Below, in pieces: positions 40,013 to 51,664 of a DNA stretch of 64,000 nt. The position numbers were made by a program, and so were the translations under genes. The notes below the pieces were generated by a model that searched no databases, had not been told where the DNA came from, and saw nothing but the letters and a program-made list of their open reading frames with translations. The stretch lies in the NCBI RefSeq assembly GCF_024223415.1, contig NZ_CP100500.1. One strand, written 5' to 3'. How positions within the stretch are numbered: position 1 is the stretch's first letter; the number at the start of each line of letters is the position of its first letter. Source of the DNA: Escherichia coli. GTDB taxonomy: Bacteria > Pseudomonadota > Gammaproteobacteria > Enterobacterales > Enterobacteriaceae.

Positions 40013-41419
40013 ATGAATAGCAGTAAATTATCAGTAAGAGAAAAGATCGGCTACGGGATGGGCGACGCAGGATGCAACATCATCTTTGGCGCTATCATGC
40101 TGTTTGTTAACTATTTTTATACGGATATTTTTGGTCTGGCCCCGGCACTCGTTGGCGTATTACTGCTCTCTGTACGGGTTATCGATGCCGTCACTGACCC
40201 TATTATGGGGGCCATTGCCGACCGCACCCAAAGCAAATATGGTCGTTTTCGCCCCTGGCTATTGTGGATTGCCTTCCCCTACGCGCTATTCAGCATCCTG
40301 ATGTTTACCACGCCAGAATGGAGCTATAGCAGCAAGGTTATCTATGCCTTTGTTACCTATTTCCTGCTCTCCCTGACCTATACCGCCATTAACATTCCTT
40401 ACTGCTCGTTAGGTGGCGTGATTACTAATGACCCACAAGAGCGCGTGGCCTGCCAGTCGTACCGTTTTGTGATGGTGGGCATCGCTACCCTTCTGCTCTC
40501 GCTGACGCTATTGCCGATGGTGGATCTATTTGGCGGCGGCGACAAAGCGAAAGGGTATCAGCTGGCTATGACCGTGCTGGCAATCATCGGTATGTGTATG
40601 TTTTTGTTCTGTTTCGCCACGGTTCGTGAGCGCATTCGCCCGGCGGTACAAACCCATGACGACATGAAGAACGATTTTAAAGATGTCTGGAAAAACGATC
40701 AGTGGGTGCGCATTCTGCTGCTCACCTTGTGCAACGTCTGCCCTGGATTTATCCGCATGGCGGCAACCATGTACTATGTCACCTGGGTAATGGGTGAGAG
40801 TACTCAGTTTGCAACCCTCTTTATTAGCCTCGGCGTTGTCGGAATGATGATCGGCAGTATGTTGGCGAAAGTGTTAACCGACCGCTGGTGCAAACTGAAA
40901 GTCTTTTTCTGGACCAACATCGCGCTGGCAATTTTCTCCTGCGCCTTTTATTTCTTTAATCCGCACGCCACGGTGATGATTGTGGTGCTCTACTTCCTGC
41001 TCAACGTTCTGCACCAGATCCCCTCCCCGCTGCACTGGTCGCTGATGGCAGACGTCGACGACTACGGCGAATGGAAAACCGGTAAACGCATCACCGGCAT
41101 CAGCTTCTCCGGTAACCTTTTCTTCCTCAAACTGGGCCTGGCCATTGCCGGGGCGATGGTGGGCTTTCTGCTCTCATGGTACGGCTACGATGCCGGTGCG
41201 AAAGCCCAAAGTGCCACGGCGATTAACGGTATTGTACTGCTCTTTACCGTCATTCCTGGGGTGGGCTATCTGATTACCGCAGGCGTCGTCCGCCTACTGA
41301 AAGTAGACCGCGAACTGATGAAACGCATCCAGACCGATCTGGAAAAACGTCGCACCAATTACCGCGAACTGAATGACTATCAGGAAATAAACGCTGTAGA
41401 AACAGTAAGGAAAGCCTAA
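40013..41419 (+). CDS. MFS transporter, glycoside-pentoside-hexuronide (GPH):cation symporter family
   Basis: 468 aa, 12 TM; GPH signatures GYGMGD and DxxTDPIMGxIADRT...GRFRPW; stop overlaps start of next gene (TAATG). Confidence 0.8.
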   Translation: MNSSKLSVREKIGYGMGDAGCNIIFGAIMLFVNYFYTDIFGLAPALVGVLLLSVRVIDAVTDPIMGAIADRTQSKYGRFRPWLLWIAFPYALFSILMFTTPEWSYSSKVIYAFVTYFLLSLTYTAINIPYCSLGGVITNDPQERVACQSYRFVMVGIATLLLSLTLLPMVDLFGGGDKAKGYQLAMTVLAIIGMCMFLFCFATVRERIRPAVQTHDDMKNDFKDVWKNDQWVRILLLTLCNVCPGFIRMAATMYYVTWVMGESTQFATLFISLGVVGMMIGSMLAKVLTDRWCKLKVFFWTNIALAIFSCAFYFFNPHATVMIVVLYFLLNVLHQIPSPLHWSLMADVDDYGEWKTGKRITGISFSGNLFFLKLGLAIAGAMVGFLLSWYGYDAGAKAQSATAINGIVLLFTVIPGVGYLITAGVVRLLKVDRELMKRIQTDLEKRRTNYRELNDYQEINAVETVRKA

Positions 41420-42369
41420 TGCAAGACTGGCCGAATCCATTTATCGAGCAACGCGCCGATCCCTTTATACTGCGCGATGGCAACCACTATTATTTTATCG
41501 CCTCGGTGCCGGAGTACGACCGGCTGGAAATTCGCCGGGCAGACTCGCTCGTCGGGCTGCGCAGCGCCACGCCTGTCGTGGTGTGGCGTAAACCGCAAAG
41601 CGGCCCCATGAGCGAACTTATCTGGGCGCCGGAGCTGCATCATATTGCAGGTCGGTGGTATATCTATTTTGCCGCCACCCATACTCAGGCGCTCGACAAA
41701 CTGGGGATGTTTCAGCACCGGATGTTTGCCCTTGAATGTTGTGATGCCGATCCGCTCAGCGGAACGTGGATTGAAAAAGGACAAGTTAAAACACCATTTG
41801 ATACTTTTGCCCTGGATGCCACCACTTTTCACCATCAGGGTAAACAGTGGTATTTGTGGGCGCAAAAAGCACCGGATATCGCCGGGAACTCCAATATTTA
41901 CCTGGCCGAAATGGAAAATCCGTGGACGATCAAAGGCGAGCCGGTGATGTTGAGCAAACCGGAGTATGACTGGGAATGTCGCGGATTCTGGGTCAATGAA
42001 GGTCCGGCTGTCGTGATGCATGGCGAGCGGTTATTCATCAGCTACTCAGCCAGCGCTACCGACGAGAACTACTGCATGGGGTTATTGTGGATAGACATCG
42101 ACGCTGACCCGAGAGTGCCTGAGAACTGGCATAAATCGCCGCGTCCGGTCTTTTCGACCAGCTATGAAAATCGCCAGTATGGCCCCGGACATAACAGTTT
42201 TACCCAAACGCCCGAGGGTGAGGATGTGCTGGTCTACCACGCACGTAATTACACCGAAATAGAAGGCGATCCACTGTACGATCCTAATCGCCATACGCGC
42301 TTAAAATTGATTCGCTGGGATGAAAGTGGGATGCCTGACTTTGGCATCCCTCCTGCGGAGACTTACTGA
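41419..42369 (+). CDS. glycoside hydrolase family 43 protein (putative beta-xylosidase / alpha-L-arabinofuranosidase)
   Basis: 316 aa cytoplasmic (no signal peptide); N-terminal ADPFIL motif with catalytic-base Asp typical of GH43 five-bladed propeller; translationally coupled to the upstream transporter. Confidence 0.75.
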   Translation: MQDWPNPFIEQRADPFILRDGNHYYFIASVPEYDRLEIRRADSLVGLRSATPVVVWRKPQSGPMSELIWAPELHHIAGRWYIYFAATHTQALDKLGMFQHRMFALECCDADPLSGTWIEKGQVKTPFDTFALDATTFHHQGKQWYLWAQKAPDIAGNSNIYLAEMENPWTIKGEPVMLSKPEYDWECRGFWVNEGPAVVMHGERLFISYSASATDENYCMGLLWIDIDADPRVPENWHKSPRPVFSTSYENRQYGPGHNSFTQTPEGEDVLVYHARNYTEIEGDPLYDPNRHTRLKLIRWDESGMPDFGIPPAETY

Positions 42370-42375
42370 TTACAA

Positions 42376-42398
42376 TGCCCGGTGTATATCGCCGGGCA
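42376..42398. terminator. hairpin in 29 bp convergent gap between GH43 gene and ampE
   Basis: tgcccgg-tgtatatcg-ccgggca stem-loop. Confidence 0.4.
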
Positions 42399-43253
42399 CT
42401 ACACCAACGCCCCGTAAATCGTCAGTAGCGCAATTACCACCACGACCACGAACGAGGTTTTCTTCGCCATTGAAACTGCTGCTTTCGGCGTCTCAACCTT
42501 ATCGACATGCGGTTCACGCGCCAGTGAGAACTGTGCCAGACGCGTTAATACCTGGTATTGCGATGTATGGAAATCGGTCAGTGAAGCAAACCAGGCTGGT
42601 AACGCTTTCTCACCGTGACCAATCAAGGCATAAACTACGCCCGCAAGGCGAACTGGTACCCAATCCAGTACATGAAGCACGGCGTCAATGCCGGACTGTA
42701 AACGATGATGCGGCGTCTGATATCGCGCCAGCCAGTATTGCCATGCACGCAAGAACGCATACCCCATCAGCGTAACGGGTCCCCAGGTTCCCCCCACAAT
42801 CAGCCAGAACAGCGGTGCAAGATAAAAACGAAAGTTAATCCACAGCAATGCATTTTGCAGCTCACGCAAATACTCACGTTCGTCGCAGCCTGCCGGGACG
42901 CCGTGAATCATGGTGAGTTCGCCAGCCATCGTGGCACGGGCATGGCTATCATTACGTGAAGCTGCTGTCAGATAAGCATGATAATGAAGACGAACTTTAC
43001 CTGCGCCAATACACAGCAAACCAATCAGCAGCCACACCAGCAGCGTGGGGACGTTGAACAATACTCCCTACAATGCGTGTAACAGTAAAAAAGTCACGCC
43101 CATCGCAATAATGGTCATGCCTAACGTGCGCCCGAGAGAAAAATGTTTCACCCGCCGAAAGAACGCTTCAAGACGATGATCAAGCTGCCAGTGCTCGCCC
43201 AACTTAAACAGGCGCTCGAAAATTAACACCAGTAAGGTTGTAAATAGCGTCAT
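42399..43253 (-). pseudogene. ampE: ampE (AmpD-associated inner membrane protein) interrupted by an in-frame TAG
   Basis: Two adjacent same-frame ORFs (43068-43253 then 42399-43061) together span a full-length 284-codon AmpE; an amber codon (CTA on plus strand, 43068-43070) sits where the reading frame is otherwise continuous (…[15 protein letters not shown]…). Confidence 0.6.
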
Positions 43254-43801
43254 GTTGTCTCCTTGCTGACCAGCGCACGAAACCGTGTCCAATCAAATGC
43301 AGGGCCGGGATCGGTTTTCCGATCCGGCGCAATATCACAATGGCCCGTCATGTTATTAGCGATATCCGGATAGCGATCAATCAGTGCCCGCGTAACCGCC
43401 GCAAGCTGTTGATACTGCGCATCGGTATACGCCAGCGTATCGGTGCCTTCAAGCTCAATCCCAATAGAAAAATCATTGCAGCGTTCGCGCCCCTGATACT
43501 GAGAGACTCCCGCATGCCAGGCACGTTTATCGAAAGGAACATACTGGACTATTTCACCATCACGGCGAATCAAACAGTGAGCGGAGACGCGCAAATGGGC
43601 GATCTCAGCAAAGAAAGGATGTGCCTGCGGATCAATAGTTCCAGTGAATAATGCGTCGATCCACGGACCGCCAAACTCGCCTGGCGGCAGGCTAATATTG
43701 TGCACCACCAGCAGGGTGGGTGTTTCGTCGTCCGGGCGGCAATCGTAATGTGGTGAGGGAACGCGGCGCGCGCCAACCAGCCACCCCTGTTCTAACAACA
43801 T
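43250..43801 (-). CDS. ampD: 1,6-anhydro-N-acetylmuramyl-L-alanine amidase
   Basis: 183 aa [45 protein letters not shown]...; stop overlaps ampE start. Confidence 0.95.
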   Translation of the reverse strand: MLLEQGWLVGARRVPSPHYDCRPDDETPTLLVVHNISLPPGEFGGPWIDALFTGTIDPQAHPFFAEIAHLRVSAHCLIRRDGEIVQYVPFDKRAWHAGVSQYQGRERCNDFSIGIELEGTDTLAYTDAQYQQLAAVTRALIDRYPDIANNMTGHCDIAPDRKTDPGPAFDWTRFRALVSKETT

Positions 43802-43828
43802 GCAGGATCTCCTTATATGTGGTGCTAA

Positions 43829-44782
<954 letters not shown>

Positions 44783-44984
44783 TAGCTGACAGATTTATCC
44801 GCTCCATAGTGGGCGGATAATCTCCCCTTCCCCAACCTTCTTCGTAACGCCTCGCAAATTTCTTGTCTTTCGCTGCAACGAAATAAAAAACCTCGGAAGC
44901 AGCTTTCCCGTTTCGTTTTTTGCCCCTCGCCTGTGCTGATGGCGTTTGCCAAAGTAGCACCAACCAAATCAAGGAGCGAAACAG

Positions 44985-45425
44985 ATGGACAAGCAACGCG
45001 GTTTTACACTTATCGAACTGATGGTGGTTATTGGCATCATTGCCATTTTAAGCGCCATTGGTATTCCCGCTTATCAAAACTACCTGCGCAAAGCCGCACT
45101 CACCGACATGCTACAAACCTTTGTGCCTTACCGTACCGCCGTAGAGTTGTGCGCGCTGGAACATGGTGGATTAGATACCTGCGACGGTGGCAGCAATGGC
45201 ATTCCCTCGCCTACCACCACCCGCTATGTTTCAGCCATGAGTGTGGCAAAGGGCGTGGTGTCGCTGACCGGGCAAGAAAGTCTCAATGGGCTAAGCGTCG
45301 TCATGACGCCAGGTTGGGATAACGCAAACGGCGTCACCGGCTGGGCGCGCAACTGCAATATTCAAAGTGACAGCGCATTGCAGCAAGCCTGCGAAGATGT
45401 CTTCCGCTTTGATGACGCCAACTAA
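44985..45425 (+). CDS. ppdD: type IV prepilin (major pilin PpdD)
   Basis: 146 aa; prepilin peptidase site and N-methyl-Phe motif MDKQRG/FTLIELMVVIGIIAILSAIGIP. Confidence 0.9.
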   Translation: MDKQRGFTLIELMVVIGIIAILSAIGIPAYQNYLRKAALTDMLQTFVPYRTAVELCALEHGGLDTCDGGSNGIPSPTTTRYVSAMSVAKGVVSLTGQESLNGLSVVMTPGWDNANGVTGWARNCNIQSDSALQQACEDVFRFDDAN

Positions 45426-45434
45426 GGAGCGGCA

Positions 45435-46820
45435 ATGAATATTCCACAGCTCACGGCCCTGTGCCTGCGTTATCAGGGAGTCTTGCTGGATGCCAGCGAA
45501 GAAGTGGTTCATGTTGCGGTGGTCGATGCCCCCTCACATGAGTTGCTGGACGCATTGCATTTCGCTACCACCAAACGTATTGAGATCACCTGCTGGACGC
45601 GCCAACAAATGGAAGGTCACGCCAGTCGCACACAACAGACATTGCCCGTAGCTGTTCAGGAGAAGCATCAGCCCAAAGCAGAGTTGCTGACTCGAACGTT
45701 ACAATCTGCGCTGGAACAACGCGCGTCTGATATTCATATCGAACCAGCGGACAATGCCTACCGCATCCGCTTGCGTATCGACGGCGTATTGCATCCTTTA
45801 CCGGATGTTTCACCGGATGCCGGAGTCGCGTTAACCGCCAGATTAAAAGTGCTGGGAAACCTGGATATTGCGGAACATCGCCTGCCGCAGGATGGGCAAT
45901 TCACTGTCGAACTGGCAGGAAACGCCGTCTCATTTCGTATTGCGACCTTACCATGTCGGGGTGGTGAAAAGGTGGTATTAAGGTTGTTACAGCAGGTGAG
46001 CCAGGCACTGGATGTCAACACGCTTGGAATGCAGCCGTTACAACTGGCGGACTTTGCTCATGCCTTGCAACAACCACAGGGACTGGTGCTGGTAACTGGC
46101 CCTACAGGCAGCGGCAAAACGGTCACGCTTTATAGTGCCCTGCAAACGCTGAATACCGCTGACATTAATATTTGTAGCGTCGAAGATCCGGTTGAGATCC
46201 CCATAGCCGGACTAAACCAGACGCAAATCCATCCGCGTGCCGGGCTCACCTTTCAGGGCGTTTTGCGTGCGTTATTGCGCCAGGATCCTGACGTCATCAT
46301 GATCGGAGAGATCCGCGATGGCGAAACAGCAGAGATCGCTATTAAAGCCGCGCAAACCGGTCACCTGGTGTTGTCTACCCTACACACCAATTCCACCTGC
46401 GAAACGCTGGTACGTTTACAGCAAATGGGAGTCGCCCGCTGGATGCTCTCATCAGCGCTTACGCTGGTAATAGCCCAGCGTCTGGTACGTAAACTTTGCC
46501 CACATTGTCGCCAGCAGCAAGGGGAGCCCATCCATATTCCAGACAATGTATGGCCGTCGCCGCTGCCCCACTGGCAGGCACCCGGTTGTGTACATTGCTA
46601 CCACGGTTTTTATGGTCGCACGGCCTTATTTGAAGTTCTGCCCATAACACCGGTCATACGTCAGCTTATTTCCGCTAATACCGACGTTGAATCGCTGGAA
46701 ACTCACGCCCGACAGGCGGGTATGCGTACGCTTTTTGAAAACGGCTGCCTCGCCGTGGAGCAAGGCTTAACCACCTTTGAAGAGTTAATCCGCGTACTGG
46801 GGATGCCGCATGGCGAGTAA
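45435..46820 (+). CDS. hofB: type IV pilus assembly ATPase (PilB/GspE family)
   Basis: 461 aa; Walker A GPTGSGKT, CxxC…CxxC zinc tetracysteine motif. Confidence 0.9.
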   Translation: MNIPQLTALCLRYQGVLLDASEEVVHVAVVDAPSHELLDALHFATTKRIEITCWTRQQMEGHASRTQQTLPVAVQEKHQPKAELLTRTLQSALEQRASDIHIEPADNAYRIRLRIDGVLHPLPDVSPDAGVALTARLKVLGNLDIAEHRLPQDGQFTVELAGNAVSFRIATLPCRGGEKVVLRLLQQVSQALDVNTLGMQPLQLADFAHALQQPQGLVLVTGPTGSGKTVTLYSALQTLNTADINICSVEDPVEIPIAGLNQTQIHPRAGLTFQGVLRALLRQDPDVIMIGEIRDGETAEIAIKAAQTGHLVLSTLHTNSTCETLVRLQQMGVARWMLSSALTLVIAQRLVRKLCPHCRQQQGEPIHIPDNVWPSPLPHWQAPGCVHCYHGFYGRTALFEVLPITPVIRQLISANTDVESLETHARQAGMRTLFENGCLAVEQGLTTFEELIRVLGMPHGE

Positions 46821-48012
46821 GCAACTCTGGCGCTGGCATGGCATAACCGGCGACGGCAATGCGCAAGATGGGATGCTATGGGCAGAGAGCCGTACTTTAC
46901 TGCTTATGGCACTACAGCAACAGATGGTTACCCCACTAAGCCTGAAGCGAATCGCCATCAATTCTGCGCAGTGGCGAGGAGATAAAAGCGCGGAAGTCAT
47001 TCATCAACTGGCGACGCTACTCAAAGCCGGGTTAACGCTTTCTGAAGGGCTGGCACTGCTGGCGGAACAGCATCCCAGTAAGCAATGGCAAGCGTTGCTG
47101 CAATCGCTGGCGCACGATCTCGAACAGGGCATTGCCTTTTCCAATGCCTTATTACCCTGGTCAGAGGTATTTCCGCCGCTCTATCAGGCGATGATCCGCA
47201 CGGGTGAACTGACCGGTAAGCTGGATGAATGCTGCTTTGAACTGGCGCGTCAGCAAAAAGCCCAGCGTCAGTTGACCGACAAAGTGAAATCAGCGTTGCG
47301 TTATCCCATCATCATTTTAGCGATGGCAATCATGGTGGTTGTGGCAATGCTGCATTTTGTTCTGCCGGAGTTTGCCGCTATATATAAGACCTTCAACACC
47401 CCACTACCGGCACTAACGCAGGGGATCATGACGCTGGCAGACTTTAGTGGCGAATGGAGCTGGCTGCTGGTGTTGTTCGGCATTATGCTGACGATAGCCA
47501 ATAAGTTGCTGATGCGCCGCCCGACCTGGCTTATCGCGCGGCAGAAATTGCTGTTACGCATCCCGATTATGGGTTCACTGATGCGGGGACAAAAACTCAC
47601 GCAGATCTTTACGATTCTGGCGCTGACTCAAAGTGCAGGCATTACTTTTTTACAGGGCGTAGAGAGCGTCAGAGAAACAATGCGCTGCCCGTACTGGGTG
47701 CAACTTCTGACACAAATCCAGCACGATATCAGTAACGGTCATCCCATCTGGCTGGCGCTAAAAAATGCCGGTGAGTTTAGCCCGCTCTGTTTGCAATTAG
47801 TGAGAACGGGAGAGGCCTCCGGCTCGCTGGATCTCATGTTAGACAACCTCGCCCATCATCATCGGGATAACACAATGGCGCTGGCGGATAACCTAGCAGC
47901 CTTACTGGAACCGGCGTTGCTGATCATAACGGGAGGAATTATCGGTACGCTGGTGGTGGCGATGTATCTGCCAATTTTCCATTTAGGCGATGCGATGAGT
48001 GGGATGGGATAA
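46810..48012 (+). CDS. hofC: type IV pilus inner-membrane platform protein (PilC/GspF family)
   Basis: 400 aa, GspF-like duplicated domains; overlaps hofB stop. Confidence 0.9.
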   Translation: MASKQLWRWHGITGDGNAQDGMLWAESRTLLLMALQQQMVTPLSLKRIAINSAQWRGDKSAEVIHQLATLLKAGLTLSEGLALLAEQHPSKQWQALLQSLAHDLEQGIAFSNALLPWSEVFPPLYQAMIRTGELTGKLDECCFELARQQKAQRQLTDKVKSALRYPIIILAMAIMVVVAMLHFVLPEFAAIYKTFNTPLPALTQGIMTLADFSGEWSWLLVLFGIMLTIANKLLMRRPTWLIARQKLLLRIPIMGSLMRGQKLTQIFTILALTQSAGITFLQGVESVRETMRCPYWVQLLTQIQHDISNGHPIWLALKNAGEFSPLCLQLVRTGEASGSLDLMLDNLAHHHRDNTMALADNLAALLEPALLIITGGIIGTLVVAMYLPIFHLGDAMSGMG

Positions 48013-48040
48013 CGCTGGCGTGTTGCTCCACACCAGCGTT
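48011..48040. terminator. bidirectional terminator hairpin between convergent hofC and guaC
   Basis: aacgctgg...ccagcgtt inverted repeat spanning the convergent gap. Confidence 0.4.
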
Positions 48041-48046
48041 GGAAGA

Positions 48047-49090
48047 TTACAGGTTGTTGAAGATGCGGTTTTCTTGTTCCTGCACACGGATAAATGTGGT
48101 GCGCTTGGTCAGTTCTTTCAGGCGTGAAGCCCCAACGTATGTACAAGCTGAACGCAGGCCGCCCAAAATATCACGCGCGGTATTTTCAACCGGGCCTCGC
48201 AGCGGCAGCTTAACGGTTTTACCTTCTGCTGCGCGATATTCCGCAACGCCGCCAACGTGACGTTTCATCGCAGACTCGGAGCTCATGCCGTAGAACAGCA
48301 TAAATTTCTCGCCGTTCTCCTCAACGATGCGACCGCCGCTCTCTTCGTGGCCCGCCAGCATGCCGCCAAGCATGACGAAATCGGCACCGCCGCCAAAGGC
48401 TTTCGCGACATCGCCCGGCGTGGTGCAGCCACCATCGCTGACGATCATTCCGCCCAGACCGTGCGCAGCATCGGCACATTCGATTACCGCAGAAAGTTGC
48501 GGATAACCGACACCTGTTTTGACGCGAGTTGTACAAACAGAACCTGGGCCAATGCCAACTTTAACGATATCGGCACCTGAGAGGATAAGCTCCTCACACA
48601 TTTCACCAGTCACTACGTTACCAGCACAAATGGTTTTGGTCGGCCACGCTTCACGCGCTTTCGCAACGAACTGCACGAAGTGTTCGGAATAACCATTCGC
48701 CACGTCAATACAAACGAAGTTTAATGCCGGGTTCAGGTCGAGAATCTGTTTAGTTTTTTCGAAATCCGCATCAGACGTACCGGTAGAAACCATCACATGT
48801 TTCAGCACATCAGCGGAAGAATTGTTGATAAACGCTTGCCACTCTTCGACAGAATAGTGTTTATGCACAGCAGTCAAAATATCAAAAGAAGCCAGCGCAG
48901 AGGCCATAGAAAATGTGCCTACGGTGTCCATATTTGCGGCGATAATCGGCACGCCGGACCAGCTCTGACCTGAATGTTTGAAGGTGAATTGACGTTCCAG
49001 TTCAACATCGGAACGGCTTTTAAGAGTGGAGCGTTTAGGGCGGATGAGAACGTCTTTAAAACCTAACTTCAGATCTTCTTCAATACGCAT
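48047..49090 (-). CDS. guaC: GMP reductase
   Basis: 347 aa [35 protein letters not shown]... (IMPDH/GMPR TIM barrel). Confidence 0.95.
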
Positions 49091-49314
49091 GTGCGGATTC
49101 CTGGGGTTAATGGCTATAAGGGTAAGAGCGCAACTCCAGTGACGCTATCATACGCACTAATCAATGCGGCGCAAGACTGCGAAATTGTCTTTTTTTACGC
49201 TACAATCCCATAAATTTACCTGGTAAATAGTGAGCGAACGTTTCATCAATTTCGCTTTCGTGCGCTCATTTTTAACGTTTTGATAATCATGATGAATTCC
49301 CGGGAATATAAATT

Positions 49315-49935
49315 ATGAGGTATATAGTTGCCTTAACGGGAGGCATTGGCAGTGGCAAGAGTACCGTTGCCAATGCGTTTGCTGATCTCGGAATTAACGT
49401 CATTGATGCCGATATTATTGCGCGTCAGGTGGTTGAACCAGGTGCACCTGCGCTACATGCCATTGCTGATCACTTTGGCGCTAACATGATTGCTGCTGAT
49501 GGAACATTGCAGCGCCGGGCCTTGCGCGAGCGGATCTTCGCCAACCCAGAAGAGAAAAACTGGCTTAACGCCCTGCTGCATCCGCTGATTCAGCAAGAGA
49601 CGCAACACCAGATCCAGCAAGCTACTTCCCCCTATGTACTGTGGGTTGTGCCATTGCTGGTAGAAAACTCACTGTATAAAAAAGCGAATCGAGTGCTGGT
49701 GGTGGATGTCAGCCCAGAAACGCAACTTAAGCGCACCATGCAGCGCGATGATGTAACTCGCGAGCATGTCGAACAAATCCTTGCTGCTCAGGCAACGCGC
49801 GAAGCCCGCCTTGCCGTGGCAGATGACGTCATTGATAATAACGGCGCACCGGATGCTATCGCATCGGATGTTGCCCGCCTGCACGCACACTATTTGCAGC
49901 TTGCGTCGCAGTTTGTCTCACAGGAAAAACCGTAA
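49315..49935 (+). CDS. coaE: dephospho-CoA kinase
   Basis: 206 aa [22 protein letters not shown] (P-loop). Confidence 0.95.
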
Positions 49936-50678
49936 TGCAGACCCAGGTCCTTTTTGAACATCCACTAAATGAAAAAATGCGTACATGGCTGCGCATTGAG
50001 TTTTTGATTCAGCAACTCACCGTTAATTTACCCATCGTTGACCACGCTGGCGCGCTGCATTTCTTCCGTAATGTCAGTGAATTACTGGATGTTTTCGAGC
50101 GCGGCGAAGTCCGCACTGAGCTGTTGAAAGAACTTGACCGGCAGCAACGTAAACTCCAGACCTGGATTGGCGTGCCTGGCGTGGACCAGAGCCGTATTGA
50201 AGCATTAATTCAGCAGTTAAAAGCGGCGGGGAGCGTATTAATCTCCGCGCCGCGTATCGGGCAATTTCTACGTGAAGATCGTTTGATTGCTCTGGTGCGT
50301 CAGCGACTGAGCATCCCAGGCGGCTGTTGCAGCTTTGATTTACCAACATTGCACATTTGGCTGCATCTACCCCAGGCGCAGCGCGACAGCCAGGTAGAAA
50401 CCTGGATTGCCAGCCTGAACCCGCTCACCCAGGCACTTACCATGGTGCTGGATTTAATTCGCCAGTCGGCCCCCTTCCGTAAACAAACCAGCCTGAATGG
50501 TTTTTATCAGGATAACGGTGGCGATGCCGACTTGCTGCGCCTGAATCTGTCGCTCGATTCACAGCTTTATCCGCAAATTTCCGGACATAAGAGCCGTTTT
50601 GCCATTCGTTTTATGCCGCTGGACACTGAAAACGGACAGGTACCGGAACGTCTGGATTTCGAACTGGCCTGTTGCTAA
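49935..50678 (+). CDS. zapD: cell division protein ZapD
   Basis: 247 aa [27 protein letters not shown]...; TAATG overlap with coaE. Confidence 0.9.
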
Positions 50679-50687
50679 GGAGTAAAA

Positions 50688-50885
50688 ATGTCAGAAACTA
50701 TTACGGTGAATTGCCCAACCTGCGGGAAAACGGTGGTGTGGGGTGAAATCAGCCCGTTTCGGCCATTTTGCTCCAAACGTTGTCAGCTGATCGACCTCGG
50801 AGAATGGGCTGCTGAAGAAAAACGAATCCCCAGCAGTGGCGATCTTTCCGAAAGCGATGACTGGAGCGAAGAGCCAAAGCAGTGA
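50688..50885 (+). CDS. yacG: DNA gyrase inhibitor YacG (zinc ribbon)
   Basis: 65 aa with CPTCGK...CSKRC zinc-binding cysteines. Confidence 0.9.
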
Positions 50886-50889
50886 CATT

Positions 50890-51206
<317 letters not shown>

Positions 51207-51230
<24 letters not shown>

Positions 51231-51605
51231 CTTCGCAATTACCGGTTCATTGGCTGGCGGAAAATCATCGGCATTAAGACCGACTAGCGACATCCACTCA
51301 CCGGGTTGCCCTTCTTTACCCCACGGCTCCCCTTCCCAGCTTTCGACCAGCCAGAACCACAGAGTTATATGCCTGTCCGGGAATTCATATTCCAGTTTTT
51401 CAAATAGCGAAAAATGTTGTGGGGTAATCCCGACTTCTTCCTGAAGTTCACGCACCACCGCCTGTTCCGGCGTTTCGCCCATTTCAATTTTACCGCCGGG
51501 AAACTCCAGTTTATTCGCCATGTGCGCATCTGCTGCGCGACGCGTTATAAAGATTTCATTGTTCTCGTTGCGAATAATACCTACCGCAATTTGCAGCTTT
51601 TTCAT
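51207..51605 (-). CDS. mutT: 8-oxo-dGTP diphosphatase (Nudix)
   Basis: 132 aa MKKLQIAVGIIRNENNEIFITRRAADAHMANKLEFPGGKIEMGETPEQAVVRELQEEVG (Nudix box); last codons (…KRVYVG) lie inside REP-derived sequence. Confidence 0.9.
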
Positions 51606-51664
51606 TGTCTTAAACCTATAAAAAAGGCGCAGAATCCTGCGCCTTTTACTTCAACTGTTAGCTT

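Noticed and set aside
39855-42398. Transporter-GH43 insertion considered as a mobile element or prophage remnant
   Set aside because: No integrase, transposase, tRNA attachment site or flanking inverted/direct repeats were found; it is better described as a small metabolic accessory indel of unknown acquisition mechanism.
44795-44820. Hairpin ttatccgc...gcggataa after nadC
   Set aside because: Stem is present but there is no following T-tract; it may be a Rho-dependent or REP-like structure; not confidently an intrinsic terminator.
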